A stretch of DNA of 64,000 nt, from the IMG/VR virus record IMGVR_UViG_3300009167_000007, positions 6,126 through 70,125 of that record; one strand, 5' to 3'. The notes under the pieces were generated by a model. That model had not been told where the DNA came from. It did no database searches and saw only the letters and a program-made list of their open reading frames with translations. The DNA comes from a virus. Positions 37,093 through 46,721 of the stretch are shown here, piece by piece. The number at the start of each line of letters is the position of its first letter. The first letter of the stretch is position 1. A program made the position numbers and the translations under genes.

Positions 37093-37120
37093 ATTACACC
37101 ACGGACCCCGGGGTTGTCAA
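37093..37120 (-). promoter_or_regulatory. Putative sigma70 promoter TTGACA-N16-TGTAAT
   Basis: Near-consensus; points at the HNH/initiator/dnaB genes. Confidence 0.55.
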
Positions 37121-37327
37121 TCCATCACCGCAGGCGGCGTTCGGATGGTACGCATCGAGACCGCCAGCCATGGAATTCACCGGCTTGGCGTACAAATAGC
37201 CACAGACCCAGATGGACAGCTTTTTGCGTCGAGCCGTGGAGATTGTCCCGGCATCAATGGCGTCCCAGTCTGATGGTCTGGCAAACGGCCTCGCGGCGAA
37301 GAAGTGGCGTATCTCTTGAGTGGTCAT
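37094..37327 (-). CDS. Hypothetical protein
   Basis: ORF tiles the operon. Confidence 0.45.
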   Translation of the reverse strand: MTTQEIRHFFAARPFARPSDWDAIDAGTISTARRKKLSIWVCGYLYAKPVNSMAGGLDAYHPNAACGDGLTTPGSVV

Positions 37328-37331
37328 TCGT

Positions 37332-37967
37332 TCAATAGGTTGTCAAAGGTTGTCTGTGTTGGCGTGGAATCAGGTCGAGTAACCCCTGTTGTGCATCGCT
37401 GTTTCGGTGCCGGTCTCGCAGCAAAGTCCTCATGTCAATCTCCCTGAAGAATGGGTCTGCCGTCATAGACAGCAAGTCAACCAATGTGTCTACCGAAATG
37501 TTTCTTCCTTCGCTTCCAACGTGACTCCACGTGATGGTATGAGAATTCAATGGATTCGTTCCCGAAAGCTGCAACAAGTGGTAACCGAGATACCTGACGT
37601 TTACTGGCTGACCGTTGAATGTGCTTCGGATGTTGCTGAATGTCGGTGTGCAAAACGCGCCGTGCATGTTTTTCGTGGCTGATCGGCAGATAATCTGGTC
37701 CAGCACCGACATGACATCGAATTGGGATTTGTCAGGGATGGCTCCGCGCTCTTTCACTTCCAGCAGTTGGAAGCAGTAGAATTTTCGTTTGCCGGATACG
37801 TCAGTCAGGATTCGCGTGATGATATAATCGAAGTCGCTTCGGATTACGCCTTTGATTCTCGAATCAAGTCGCGGCTCATCCCTCATCCACCGGCAGAACC
37901 CACTTTCTGCTGTGATGTCTTCGTAACACGACGGGCAATCAATGTGTTGGTGAAATCTCTTGGTCAT
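37332..37967 (-). CDS. Putative PD-(D/E)XK-fold nuclease (lower GC)
   Basis: SDFDYII..LLEVK..Q motif. Confidence 0.5.
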   Translation of the reverse strand: MTKRFHQHIDCPSCYEDITAESGFCRWMRDEPRLDSRIKGVIRSDFDYIITRILTDVSGKRKFYCFQLLEVKERGAIPDKSQFDVMSVLDQIICRSATKNMHGAFCTPTFSNIRSTFNGQPVNVRYLGYHLLQLSGTNPLNSHTITWSHVGSEGRNISVDTLVDLLSMTADPFFREIDMRTLLRDRHRNSDAQQGLLDLIPRQHRQPLTTY

Positions 37968-39244
37968 GATTTACCAATGCGTCGCGCAGCTTTCGCCGCA
38001 GTTCCGGGGTCAATCTCGATTCCAACCCATGGTCGCTTCAATTTCTTGGCTGCCACTGCTGTCGTGCCAGACCCAAGAAATGGGTCACACACGATGCCGT
38101 CTCCCGGACAGAGGTGCTCGATGTAGTATTCGGCTTCAGCTAGGGACTGCTGCCACTCGTGTTCTTCTTTCTGCCGTTCACCAGTAGTCACATCCTTGAT
38201 GATGTCACTTGGATCGTGGCGCGTCTTCTTCACATACCAGAGCATTGGTTTCCATCCAACGCGGATGCCGTACTCCCGCATGAGAGCTTGCGACCCGGAA
38301 TGGATGCATGCAACGGGCCACCAGAAACGTAGGTGTCTCCCCAGTGCTTCTATAGCCTCCGGCAACTGGATGTGACCGACGTAGCAGATGAGGCTTCCAC
38401 CCGGAGCCAGCTTGGCGGCGGCGAGTTCACCCAGCGCGTCGAACAGCTTGATGGCCTGCCGGTCATACGGAGGGTCCGTGAAGAACAGGGAGACGCTGTT
38501 GTCCGGAATCTGGACCCCGACCTTGCGGAAGTCCCCGAGGAGCAGTCCCTGGGGCATCTCCACCCCGGACGCGATGACCGCCGACCGTTCCTGGTTGCGC
38601 TTCTCCTGCTTGAGTTCCTCGATGGCGCGGCGGGCGGACTTGCCTTTCTCGACTGCCACGATGATGTCGGGGCGCTTCGTGTCTTTGGCCAGCTTTTGCA
38701 GGGTTGCAACCCGCTGAACCGCATTTCTGTCAACCCCCGCTTTCGCGGCTACGGCGCTGCGGCTGGAACGGGATTCCTTCTCAGCGGGGTCTCGTCTGGT
38801 CGGCGCTCCACCGGAGCTCCCACCTGACGCCAGGCGTCTGCCGTCTGGTGTGCGGGGTTGCGCCTTGGTGGCTTCGGACCGTGCTGCGTTGGCTCTGGCT
38901 TCGACGGCTTCGCGGGCCTGCTTGCGCATGGACTCCAGCTTGTCGTAGCACAGGAGTTTCTGTTCGTCCGACTTCCAGTTGCGCCGGGCCGAATGCTGCT
39001 GCCACACGAACAGGAACGGGTCGCCGTCACAGGCAAGTCGGTCCCATTCACGGAGGACGGGTTCAACCTTCACCTCCTTGCACGCCTTCCAGCGGTGTCG
39101 GCCATCCAGGAGCATCCCCTCGAACAGTAGGATGGGTTCCTTGTTGGCGTCCCATCCGGAGGCGATGGAGCGCTTCAGTTCTTCGTACTCGTCCTCTGCC
39201 ATTTCCGGCAGGCAGGCGCAGGCGGGGTGGATTTTCATGGTCAA
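37964..39244 (-). CDS. ParB-like domain fused to N4/N6 DNA methyltransferase
   Basis: EPILL..LLDGRHRWKAC (ParB); FTDPPY and DPFLGSGTT (beta-class MTase order). Confidence 0.9.
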   Translation of the reverse strand: MTMKIHPACACLPEMAEDEYEELKRSIASGWDANKEPILLFEGMLLDGRHRWKACKEVKVEPVLREWDRLACDGDPFLFVWQQHSARRNWKSDEQKLLCYDKLESMRKQAREAVEARANAARSEATKAQPRTPDGRRLASGGSSGGAPTRRDPAEKESRSSRSAVAAKAGVDRNAVQRVATLQKLAKDTKRPDIIVAVEKGKSARRAIEELKQEKRNQERSAVIASGVEMPQGLLLGDFRKVGVQIPDNSVSLFFTDPPYDRQAIKLFDALGELAAAKLAPGGSLICYVGHIQLPEAIEALGRHLRFWWPVACIHSGSQALMREYGIRVGWKPMLWYVKKTRHDPSDIIKDVTTGERQKEEHEWQQSLAEAEYYIEHLCPGDGIVCDPFLGSGTTAVAAKKLKRPWVGIEIDPGTAAKAARRIGKS

Positions 39245-39984
39245 TACGGCTCGCTATCCTGGAAGTTACGGCCCAGCAGATCAAACCGCTCCCTGCCTTC
39301 CCGCATGCCAACCAGCGTCCAACCCTTCCAACTCCCACGCGTGCCAACCTTCTTGCACAACGAGCGCAGCCCGCAGGACGCCTTGCAGTCGGTGGGAAGC
39401 CCGGTCTTCTTGTTGTAGCGCATCTCCACATCTTCCGGCTCGAACAGGTTTTGATGCGCATGGACGAACGCCTCGATGTTGACGGCGTGGTACATTTTGT
39501 TCACCGGGCTGCGAAAGAACACGTCATGCGACTTCCAGTGCCTGGTGCTGTATTTTCGCAGGGCATCAGTTTTTTTTGGAACTCCAGTGAACACTCTGCT
39601 CAGAAGTTCTCGATGCTCTTTCGACCGCAATACCGCCACGCGCTTTTCCTCAGTATGCTCGTTAGCGACGCTGCGTGGCGTGATGCCAAAAGCCTTGTTC
39701 CGCTCCGACAGGATTTCACGCACGCATTTCTTGCAGTGGTGATGTGCATCCGACTTCTTCCGGTAGAACTTCACGCCACATCTTGGGCACGGAAAGTGAT
39801 CTGCTTTGATATAGGCCGCAGCCATGCAGGCACGAGAACAGTATTTCCTCCATGAGGCGCTCGGCTTCTCCATCCACCGGCGCTTGCACCACGGGCACTG
39901 CTTCAAAATCCGCTTGGCCAGTTTTGTTGCCCCTGACTTGGCCCCTCGGCGCATGGCGGATTCACGCGAAATCTTCTCGTACAT
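39241..39984 (-). CDS. Cys-rich zinc-finger DNA-binding protein
   Basis: CPWC..YCSRAC..CPRCG..CKKC treble-clef-like repeats. Confidence 0.6.
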   Translation of the reverse strand: MYEKISRESAMRRGAKSGATKLAKRILKQCPWCKRRWMEKPSASWRKYCSRACMAAAYIKADHFPCPRCGVKFYRKKSDAHHHCKKCVREILSERNKAFGITPRSVANEHTEEKRVAVLRSKEHRELLSRVFTGVPKKTDALRKYSTRHWKSHDVFFRSPVNKMYHAVNIEAFVHAHQNLFEPEDVEMRYNKKTGLPTDCKASCGLRSLCKKVGTRGSWKGWTLVGMREGRERFDLLGRNFQDSEPY

Positions 39985-39987
39985 AGC

Positions 39988-40491
39988 TTAGTACGGCTCG
40001 TTTTCCTGCGGCGGCTCCACCAGTTGTGGCACCACCCGTCGTCGCTGCGGCACCGGGCTCGGCCTGCTCAACGGGTCGTAAGCACCCGGAGGGGCCGGCG
40101 GTCGCACCGGCCTCGGCTCATCGAACGCGGCGGCGGCGGCATCGAACTCGTCACCTTCCGGGGTCTGGGACACCGAGGTCATCGCCAGAACGGATGCCTG
40201 GTTGCAGTAGATGTGCAGGGTGCCCCTCGGTTTTCCGTCATTCTTGCCAAGGTAGGCCCGCGCCGAGACATCTCCGGTAACCCAGATGAGCATGCCCTGC
40301 CTATATTTGCTGGCCACGACATTAGGGTCCTCATTCATCCGTGGATAAACGAGACAATCGACCCGCATCGGATACTTCATCCTCTCATCCGAGCATTCGA
40401 TTTTGAACACGACGAATGGTCTCTTTCCAGTGTTGGAGACTACCTTGGCGTCCGCCATGCACACACCAATAGCTGAACCGTTTGGGATCAT
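39988..40491 (-). CDS. ssb: Single-stranded DNA-binding protein
   Basis: OB-like G.LIWVTG.VS.R.Y..DG..R and acidic/Pro tail ending ENEPY; in the recombination operon. Confidence 0.7.
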   Translation of the reverse strand: MIPNGSAIGVCMADAKVVSNTGKRPFVVFKIECSDERMKYPMRVDCLVYPRMNEDPNVVASKYRQGMLIWVTGDVSARAYLGKNDGKPRGTLHIYCNQASVLAMTSVSQTPEGDEFDAAAAAFDEPRPVRPPAPPGAYDPLSRPSPVPQRRRVVPQLVEPPQENEPY

Positions 40492-41636
40492 TCTACCTCT
40501 CCTACCGTATCCCGAACCTCGGCTCTCACCAACGACGGCTTGTTCTGTTTCTCCTCAACCAGCTCCGCCAGCCGGCCCTTCAGCGCCGTCTTTCCGTCGA
40601 CGACACTGAGCTTCGCAGCGGAGGAGAACGCCCGGACGAGTTCGCCGAACTTGATGGTGCAACAGGCGGTGAACGTCTTGGCGTCGACGATGTCCTTCAC
40701 CCGGGCGAACGCCATCGCCGCGTTCTCCACGACATTTCGGATGGCACCCGGCTTGAGCTTCCACCCGGGAATCGCCTTGGGGTTCGCCTCAAGCGCCTTC
40801 TTCGCCGACCCGCGAATGTCCTCAATGACCATCTCCGCGACCTCGCAGGCGTCCAGCGCCGTGCCAATGTCATCCTTCGCTATCCGACCCGTTGCCGCAT
40901 TCATAAATAGTGCGTACGCTTCACTACATAAGTTAATTCCATTGCAGTACCGGCATGCCTTGGGGCTGGGACTCCTGTGAATTCCCGGCGTCATGGCATC
41001 CCGAACGACGACCCCGATGGTCTGTTCAGCCAGAATGAGCGTCTGCTTGTCGAATCCCGCCATCGTGGGCGGTCCATGGTTGGGCTGGACGATGGCTACC
41101 AGGATGTCGTCGATGCCCGTCTTGGTCCGGAGCAATACCGCCAGTGTCCTGAGCTGCCAGTTGTCGGCGGCGACGGTGACCGGAAGCCACCCCGACTTGT
41201 GGTCAACGATGATCGCCCACTTACCGCCCTTGTCGTACAGAATCAGGTCAGCCCGACCGCTGTAGGTCATGTCGGCGGACCACATGCGTTTCTCGACGAG
41301 AATCCCTACACCACCCAGTTCTATGAACGGCTGAAGGATGACGCCCCTGGCGGCGAACGCGGTGGCCGCTGCGTCATAGACGATCTCCGTGTGCTTGATC
41401 ATCTTTTGCGCCGCCGCCAGGACTTCCGGTGTCGGACCAAGCTGCGCCTGCCCGGTGAAATGACGTTCCAGGCATTGAGCGACCTTCGTACCGAACTCGG
41501 CGAACTCGTTGCTGTTGCCGCTTCTGTCGGAACGCTTCAGCGCTTCCTGCTCCAGCAGAAAGGACCCCGGGCACAAAGCAATGCGCTCCATGCCCGAGGC
41601 CGATGGACGGTTTCTACGCTCTCCAGTGGTTTCCAT
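40488..41636 (-). CDS. Cas4-like PD-(D/E)XK exonuclease (DUF2800-like)
   Basis: SAS..R...CPGS, GRADLI, VDHKSG, NWQL, IVQP, CRYC....C; next to recT. Confidence 0.85.
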   Translation of the reverse strand: METTGERRNRPSASGMERIALCPGSFLLEQEALKRSDRSGNSNEFAEFGTKVAQCLERHFTGQAQLGPTPEVLAAAQKMIKHTEIVYDAAATAFAARGVILQPFIELGGVGILVEKRMWSADMTYSGRADLILYDKGGKWAIIVDHKSGWLPVTVAADNWQLRTLAVLLRTKTGIDDILVAIVQPNHGPPTMAGFDKQTLILAEQTIGVVVRDAMTPGIHRSPSPKACRYCNGINLCSEAYALFMNAATGRIAKDDIGTALDACEVAEMVIEDIRGSAKKALEANPKAIPGWKLKPGAIRNVVENAAMAFARVKDIVDAKTFTACCTIKFGELVRAFSSAAKLSVVDGKTALKGRLAELVEEKQNKPSLVRAEVRDTVGEVE

Positions 41637-41685
41637 TTTCGTTTCGTTTCAACCCGCGCCCCAACGACCGGGGCGAATCCGAAAT

Positions 41686-43311
41686 TTACGATGCTCCAGC
41701 GTCATCCGCCTGCTTGAACAGGGCGACGATGACCTGGGAATTCGCCAGCATGCGGTTGACGTGTTCGGGTGGCAGCGACGCGAAGGAGCTGGACTGGTTG
41801 TCGGTGGGAAGCCAGCCGCAGTCGATGACGAGCTGCTTGTAGTCGGCGAAGGTCTTGCCGCAGTCCGTGACGACCCGGTGAAGCGCCATGGCCTGGCTAT
41901 CGGGAGGCGTGGAAGCCGCCGAAGGTGCCGGCTTGGGAGGCGTGGAAGCCGCCGAAGGTGCCACCCTGGGAGGCTTCGGGGTGAACTCCGAGGAAATCCA
42001 TGCCCGAAGGTTTGCGTGCTTCGCGATGGCAATCCGGCAGACATGGTCGCTGAGGTCCTGAACCCCTTGCGTTTCGGAAAAGTCCAGCGATCCGAACTCG
42101 GTCTGGGCGGAGAACCAGTCACGTACCATTTCCCACGTCATCATTGGGAACTCGCGTCCCAGATTGTTTATGACCGCTTCAAAGTTCTGCTGCGTTTCAC
42201 TCAGAGCGGCTTGAGGCGTGCTTTGGGGCTCCGAAGGTGCCTGGACAGCCGGAGGCGGTTCAGGACTAGCCTGCGGGGCTGCTGGAGCCGGCGGAGCCAG
42301 CTTTGGCGGACGACCGCGGCGCTTCGGAGCCGCGAACGGGTCTGCGGGGGTAGCTTCGCCGGTCACTGGTACGGATCGCGGATTCGGAACCGGGTTCAAT
42401 TCGGGGTTCGATTGGTCAGCCAGGGCTTGTGCCAGCGGGGACACTGGAGCGCCGGCTGGAGCCTGTACTTTCGGAGGGGGAGGCTGGAGCATCTCAGTAG
42501 CTGCATCCGATGCAGTTGATTCAGAGGCGATTCTGGCTCGCTGTACCTGGATGGAACCGATGTCGATGGTCTTCCCTTGCTCAAACTCCTCGTCGTCGTT
42601 GAGCACATCCCGAAGTTCAGCCGATTGCGGGATGATCTTGCACAGCGCCCGGATGGCTGATTTTGACCACATCGCCGCCGTGTGGGTGTTCCAGATTGAG
42701 TCCGGCTCAGAGGCTCCACGCGAGAACGCCCTGATTTTGTTGATGTCCTTGTTGTACAGCACCTTGGACACAGTCTCCCCGGACTTCATCTTGCAGACGG
42801 CGTACACGGCGACGACCGGACCGGCGTCATCCTCACCCACGTAGCGCTCGTGCTCGATGTTCGGGTGAAGCCCAAGGGTATGCCGGAAGGTGTCCTTCGC
42901 GAACACCGGCTCGACCCAGACCGCCCCGACGTTGGGATGGTTGTAGCACAGGTCCAGAAGTCCTTGGTAACCAGGCAGGAACTGGGCCTGCATCTTGTAC
43001 GTCCCGTCCGGCTGCTTGCAGTTGAACGGCACCAGGTGAGCCTGGCGACCATCCACTTCGAGTCCCCGGGCTGCCGACTTGAGCAGCGACTCAATGACGG
43101 AGAGCTTACCCTCTGGAGTCGTGAAGCACTGCTGGAGTTTTGGGCTTCGGAGGGCTGCCGTCATAGCGACCCGGGCGAATCGTTCCGGGCTGATGTGCTT
43201 GGCGCAGGCCAGACGGAGTTGTTCGAGGATGTTCGGGCTCGTCAGGAAGCTCTTGACGAGTTCCATGGGCTTTGGAGCGCCCTGTTGGGCTACTGGAAGT
43301 GCGGTATTCAT
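41686..43311 (-). CDS. recT: RecT-family ssDNA annealing protein with long Pro-rich C-terminal extension
   Basis: ERFARVA..SPKLQQC, AHLVPF, GYQGLL, W..H..AMWSKSAIR..K..PQS. Confidence 0.93.
   Translation of the reverse strand: MNTALPVAQQGAPKPMELVKSFLTSPNILEQLRLACAKHISPERFARVAMTAALRSPKLQQCFTTPEGKLSVIESLLKSAARGLEVDGRQAHLVPFNCKQPDGTYKMQAQFLPGYQGLLDLCYNHPNVGAVWVEPVFAKDTFRHTLGLHPNIEHERYVGEDDAGPVVAVYAVCKMKSGETVSKVLYNKDINKIRAFSRGASEPDSIWNTHTAAMWSKSAIRALCKIIPQSAELRDVLNDDEEFEQGKTIDIGSIQVQRARIASESTASDAATEMLQPPPPKVQAPAGAPVSPLAQALADQSNPELNPVPNPRSVPVTGEATPADPFAAPKRRGRPPKLAPPAPAAPQASPEPPPAVQAPSEPQSTPQAALSETQQNFEAVINNLGREFPMMTWEMVRDWFSAQTEFGSLDFSETQGVQDLSDHVCRIAIAKHANLRAWISSEFTPKPPRVAPSAASTPPKPAPSAASTPPDSQAMALHRVVTDCGKTFADYKQLVIDCGWLPTDNQSSSFASLPPEHVNRMLANSQVIVALFKQADDAGAS
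41902..41962. repeat. 33-bp-period tandem duplication (APSAASTPP x2)
   Basis: gggaggcgtggaagccgccgaaggtgcc twice. Confidence 0.85.
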
Positions 43312-43795
43312 GTGGTTTTGTGTCGTAACTACCGTCAACCGTGGTGGTTGGGGGTAAAATGGGGTCTTCGAGTGGTGTAATCGTGATCAGGCATCCTGGA
43401 TTCATCAATCTCGCTGGGCACCATTGCTTCTGGGCGACCAAATGGACGATTTGAGCGTCGTCATGCCAGGCTCCGATGGTCGTCAGGGCGTCAAAAACGC
43501 TCTTGGCGGCATTGTCGATGTCGGGTTTCTTCGTGTGATGCCTCGGAGCCGCATCCTTGAGACCGTTTTTGCCGAAATGCGATTGCGGACGTCGGAAAAA
43601 GAACGACATCTCGATGTAAATGGGCATTTCACCGAAGGATTTGAGTCCGGAAGCCTTCGCGGCAATGGCAATCTGGCTTTTCCAGCCTTCAGCCGTGCCA
43701 GGATCGTACACTCTGGCCTTTCCGTGGAAGGAGAATGCCCTTGGACGGGGCTGCCCCTTCGGATCGCCATCAACCCAGAATTGAATGCGGTGCAT
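43106..43795 (-). CDS. rusA: RusA Holliday junction resolvase
   Basis: G.PKGQPRPR, KPDIDN..K...DAL..W.DDAQIV. Confidence 0.93.
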   Translation of the reverse strand: MHRIQFWVDGDPKGQPRPRAFSFHGKARVYDPGTAEGWKSQIAIAAKASGLKSFGEMPIYIEMSFFFRRPQSHFGKNGLKDAAPRHHTKKPDIDNAAKSVFDALTTIGAWHDDAQIVHLVAQKQWCPARLMNPGCLITITPLEDPILPPTTTVDGSYDTKPHEYRTSSSPTGRSKAHGTRQELPDEPEHPRTTPSGLRQAHQPGTIRPGRYDGSPPKPKTPAVLHDSRG

Positions 43796-44029
43796 GCGGT
43801 GAGAAATTGCCGCCGTGACCTCCCGGGGAGTCGGAATGTGTTGCAGACCGGGTCCGGTCGGTCGGCCAGCGGCGGCGAAAGTCGATTCTGCGGTCTGCAA
43901 CACGGTTTTACAAGAAGCTTCCTTCGTGCCAGACTGTTTTTGGCGTCGGGAACGAGTTGTTCACCGGTTGTTCACAGGGAACTTGATCACTGAGTGGAAC
44001 TTGGTCACTCCGAAATCGCGATTGACCAC

Positions 44030-44045
44030 ACCCTGCATTCAGGGT
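44030..44045. promoter_or_regulatory. Palindrome ACCCTG-CATT-CAGGGT, copy 2, inside a TTGACC-N17-TATCGG promoter-like sequence
   Basis: At the divergence point where the + operon starts. Confidence 0.7.
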
Positions 44046-44058
44046 ATCGGTGATTCCG

Positions 44059-44334
44059 ATGACAACCTCTTTCACCTCGCTGTCTCCGGCAACCATTGCT
44101 GCGGCGAATGTCAGCCGGCGCAATCTGGTCATCGAGATGGCGTCCGACGGACCGATTCTGTACGTCCTGCTTCACGACACCTGCAATCCCGATGCCGTCG
44201 TTAGCACGACCAACTACAGCTTCACGATGCGGAACCTGGATTACTGGGAGTCCCCGTTGAACTTCGTCGGGAAGGTCAGCGGATTCCTGGATTCAGCAGG
44301 AAACGCCCTGGTCACCGAAATCACCTCGTGCTGA
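44059..44334 (+). CDS. Small beta-rich structural-type protein
   Basis: N..RRNLVI..LYV..YSF..G.VSG..G.A.VTE pattern. Confidence 0.6.
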   Translation: MTTSFTSLSPATIAAANVSRRNLVIEMASDGPILYVLLHDTCNPDAVVSTTNYSFTMRNLDYWESPLNFVGKVSGFLDSAGNALVTEITSC

Positions 44335-44347
44335 AAGGAGAATCACC

Positions 44348-44620
44348 ATGCCCATGTATCGAAATCCGGTTGGCGGCGGAACATCCGGGGGTATCCCGGA
44401 GGCACCGACCGACGGTAGCATCTATGCGCGGCGCGGATCGGACGCCACCTGGAGGAACCTGGAAGTCGTTGCCACCCCGCCATCATCAGCCGATCCCAAT
44501 GGTCAGATTCTCGGCTTCGCCAAGGGGCAGACTTACGCGCAGACGGATACGTCACTCACCTACAAGATTCGCGACTGGACCTTCAACGGAACTCCTGGAA
44601 CAACCACTGGCTGGATTTGA
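44348..44620 (+). CDS. Small protein with fibritin foldon motif and tailspike-type C-terminal motif
   Basis: GIPEAPTDGSIYARR; PNG..G..GQTY..TGW; RBS AAAGGAG. Confidence 0.75.
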   Translation: MPMYRNPVGGGTSGGIPEAPTDGSIYARRGSDATWRNLEVVATPPSSADPNGQILGFAKGQTYAQTDTSLTYKIRDWTFNGTPGTTTGWI

Positions 44621-44622
44621 AC

Positions 44623-46263
44623 ATGAAAACGAAACTCCTGCTCCTCGCGACCTGGCTTGCTTCCATGGCGGCTGTGGCGCAATCCCCCATCGGAAGCTAC
44701 TCCATGAGCCTGTGGGCGCACACCAACCTGAACGTCAACCGGGCGCTGGAAACCGGAGAAATTGGGCGGGCGATTGGCTACATCTCCAACGGGATCGTTT
44801 CCACCATCACCATCCCGAGCACCAACGGGTTCATCGGCGATGCACCGCTGGGCACCAGTCTCTATGCGCGCAGCAATGCGAATTGGCAGGTGTTCACCAT
44901 CCCAAGCACCAACGGGTTCATCCCCGAAGCCCCGCCTGACGGTCAGACCTACGGACGCCGTGGCTCGGACGCCTCGTGGCAACTCATGCCGGGGGGCTCC
45001 GACACCAACGCCGTCGCTGCCGTGGCCGACCTGGCGACGCTCACCAACAGCGTGGTGAATCGCACAAAGGCTTTGGTCGGAAAGACTGACGATGCGACCT
45101 GGACGGCCTGGCAACTCGTTCCGTCGGGTGGCGGCAGTCCGGCGCAAACCTTCACCAATCTCAGCACCGCTGGAGGAGATTGGGATGAAGGATTTGGTTC
45201 TTGTCTCGCGAGTGGTCAGAACTTTCAAACCAATATCACCTGGCGTGTGACAGTTCAAGATTGCAACTGTCCGACAGTTTACAATCTAATCGCATCTGAA
45301 TTTGGTGCCAGCTATCAATTTGATGGCTACATCTTCAGGGCGGTCAATTCAGCCCCGGCTGCTTTGGTGGAAGCACCAAACACATCCGGGTTCACACTCC
45401 TTGCTGGAAGCACGAACATTGTGGAATCAACTCGGCAATATATTCGTTTCCAATTCGTTGCCTTGGCGACCAATGCGCTGTCGGTCGCCGTAAGACGCGG
45501 CGCAGCGACTGGCGGATTGAATGATTACACCATAAACGATGTTTCGTTTACCAAGCTGGCCGTCACTGGTTATGAACCCAACGGCAGCAACATTCTCGCT
45601 TCCGCAGCGATTCCAGGATACGCCTGGAAAAAGGTCTATACTGAATCGCAGGGAGGCAGTGTCACGGAGGCGCTGGTGATGGTGGCGGATTCGACGGCGG
45701 TGTTCCCGACCAACACCAAGTATGTGCGCTTTCAGGCACCGACGGGACTTTCCATAACCCTGACGAACAACAATGTCATCCCCGATGGTTCGGCAGACTT
45801 CACCAGCTTCTTCCTTTACGATACCTACTACGGAGATTTGGGGAGCGTGCGCATCCCGCAAGATACCAACGGAACGGACGGTGTGGGCTCCAATGTGAAG
45901 ATGGCCGAGGGCACTGGGGATGTTGTCATGGTGCCACGCACATTCTACACTTATCGGTTCGACTCGGCGCAAAGCCTGTGGATCTTGGGAGCCGAGAACA
46001 ATCTCGTGGCGCAGGATCTTCCCGCTGATGTGAAGGACTCGTTGATCGTGCAGCTTCTCCCCTGGGCGCTGACCAACTACGCCCGGCTGTTTCCGCACGG
46101 CCCGATGGTCGGGACACCGGCCAACCCCATCTCACTGCCCGACATTGGTCCGCGACCGATGGGCGGTCGGGACATTTACGCACCCGCACCGCTGGCTCCG
46201 CGATCCAGCCCGGTGTACAACGTCGAGATCAACGTCGGACCTCAAAACGAGCCAACACCATGA
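44623..46263 (+). CDS. Signal-peptide protein with tandem foldon motifs (fibre/adhesin-like)
   Basis: MKTKLLLLATWLASMAAVA signal; GFIGDAPLGTSLYAR and GFIPEAPPDGQTYGRR. Confidence 0.75.
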   Translation: MKTKLLLLATWLASMAAVAQSPIGSYSMSLWAHTNLNVNRALETGEIGRAIGYISNGIVSTITIPSTNGFIGDAPLGTSLYARSNANWQVFTIPSTNGFIPEAPPDGQTYGRRGSDASWQLMPGGSDTNAVAAVADLATLTNSVVNRTKALVGKTDDATWTAWQLVPSGGGSPAQTFTNLSTAGGDWDEGFGSCLASGQNFQTNITWRVTVQDCNCPTVYNLIASEFGASYQFDGYIFRAVNSAPAALVEAPNTSGFTLLAGSTNIVESTRQYIRFQFVALATNALSVAVRRGAATGGLNDYTINDVSFTKLAVTGYEPNGSNILASAAIPGYAWKKVYTESQGGSVTEALVMVADSTAVFPTNTKYVRFQAPTGLSITLTNNNVIPDGSADFTSFFLYDTYYGDLGSVRIPQDTNGTDGVGSNVKMAEGTGDVVMVPRTFYTYRFDSAQSLWILGAENNLVAQDLPADVKDSLIVQLLPWALTNYARLFPHGPMVGTPANPISLPDIGPRPMGGRDIYAPAPLAPRSSPVYNVEINVGPQNEPTP

Positions 46264-46721
46264 AGCACCTCATCCGCATCACGCTCCTCACCCTGCTCAT
46301 GCTGCAAGCCTGGTCGCAGATCATTCTGCTGCCAGGCGATGACGCCTACCTCGATCCCGTCGAGGGGTCTGGGCAGGGTTACGTCCACATCTACGACACG
46401 TTCCCAGCGCCGCTGGACGGTTCGATCATCATCCTGTCCGCCGTCCGGGACGGTCGTGGGTACGTCCACAACCTGTTCGGCGACGCCATGGCGATGGAGC
46501 TGGACTGGGGCTTCCCCGTCCACGGAAAATCACCCTACGGCCTGGAGATGGACACCTGGTATTACCTGCGCGGGACCGATGCGACCGGGGCCACAGCGTT
46601 GCGCACGGAGCCGTTCCTCATGGACGGCCCGAGCATCAATCCGCTGATTCCTGAGCCGAAGGACTTCGCCCTCCTCTGCGCCATCGGCCTCATCCTTTTC
46701 GCAGCAACCAAACACCTATGA
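46260..46721 (+). CDS. PEP-CTERM sorting-domain protein
   Basis: Signal peptide; IPEPKDFALLCAIGLILFAATK tail. Confidence 0.75.
   Translation: MKHLIRITLLTLLMLQAWSQIILLPGDDAYLDPVEGSGQGYVHIYDTFPAPLDGSIIILSAVRDGRGYVHNLFGDAMAMELDWGFPVHGKSPYGLEMDTWYYLRGTDATGATALRTEPFLMDGPSINPLIPEPKDFALLCAIGLILFAATKHL

Noticed and set aside
40488-41636. Cas4-like gene as evidence of a CRISPR-Cas system
   Set aside because: No array or other cas genes; its position beside recT and ssb indicates a recombination exonuclease
43106-43311. Long same-strand overlaps (rusA/recT; also 7537-7868 and 32909-33156) as a sign of an alternative genetic code
   Set aside because: Conserved genes translate intact under the standard code with all three stop codons used; late stops are expected in GC-rich DNA
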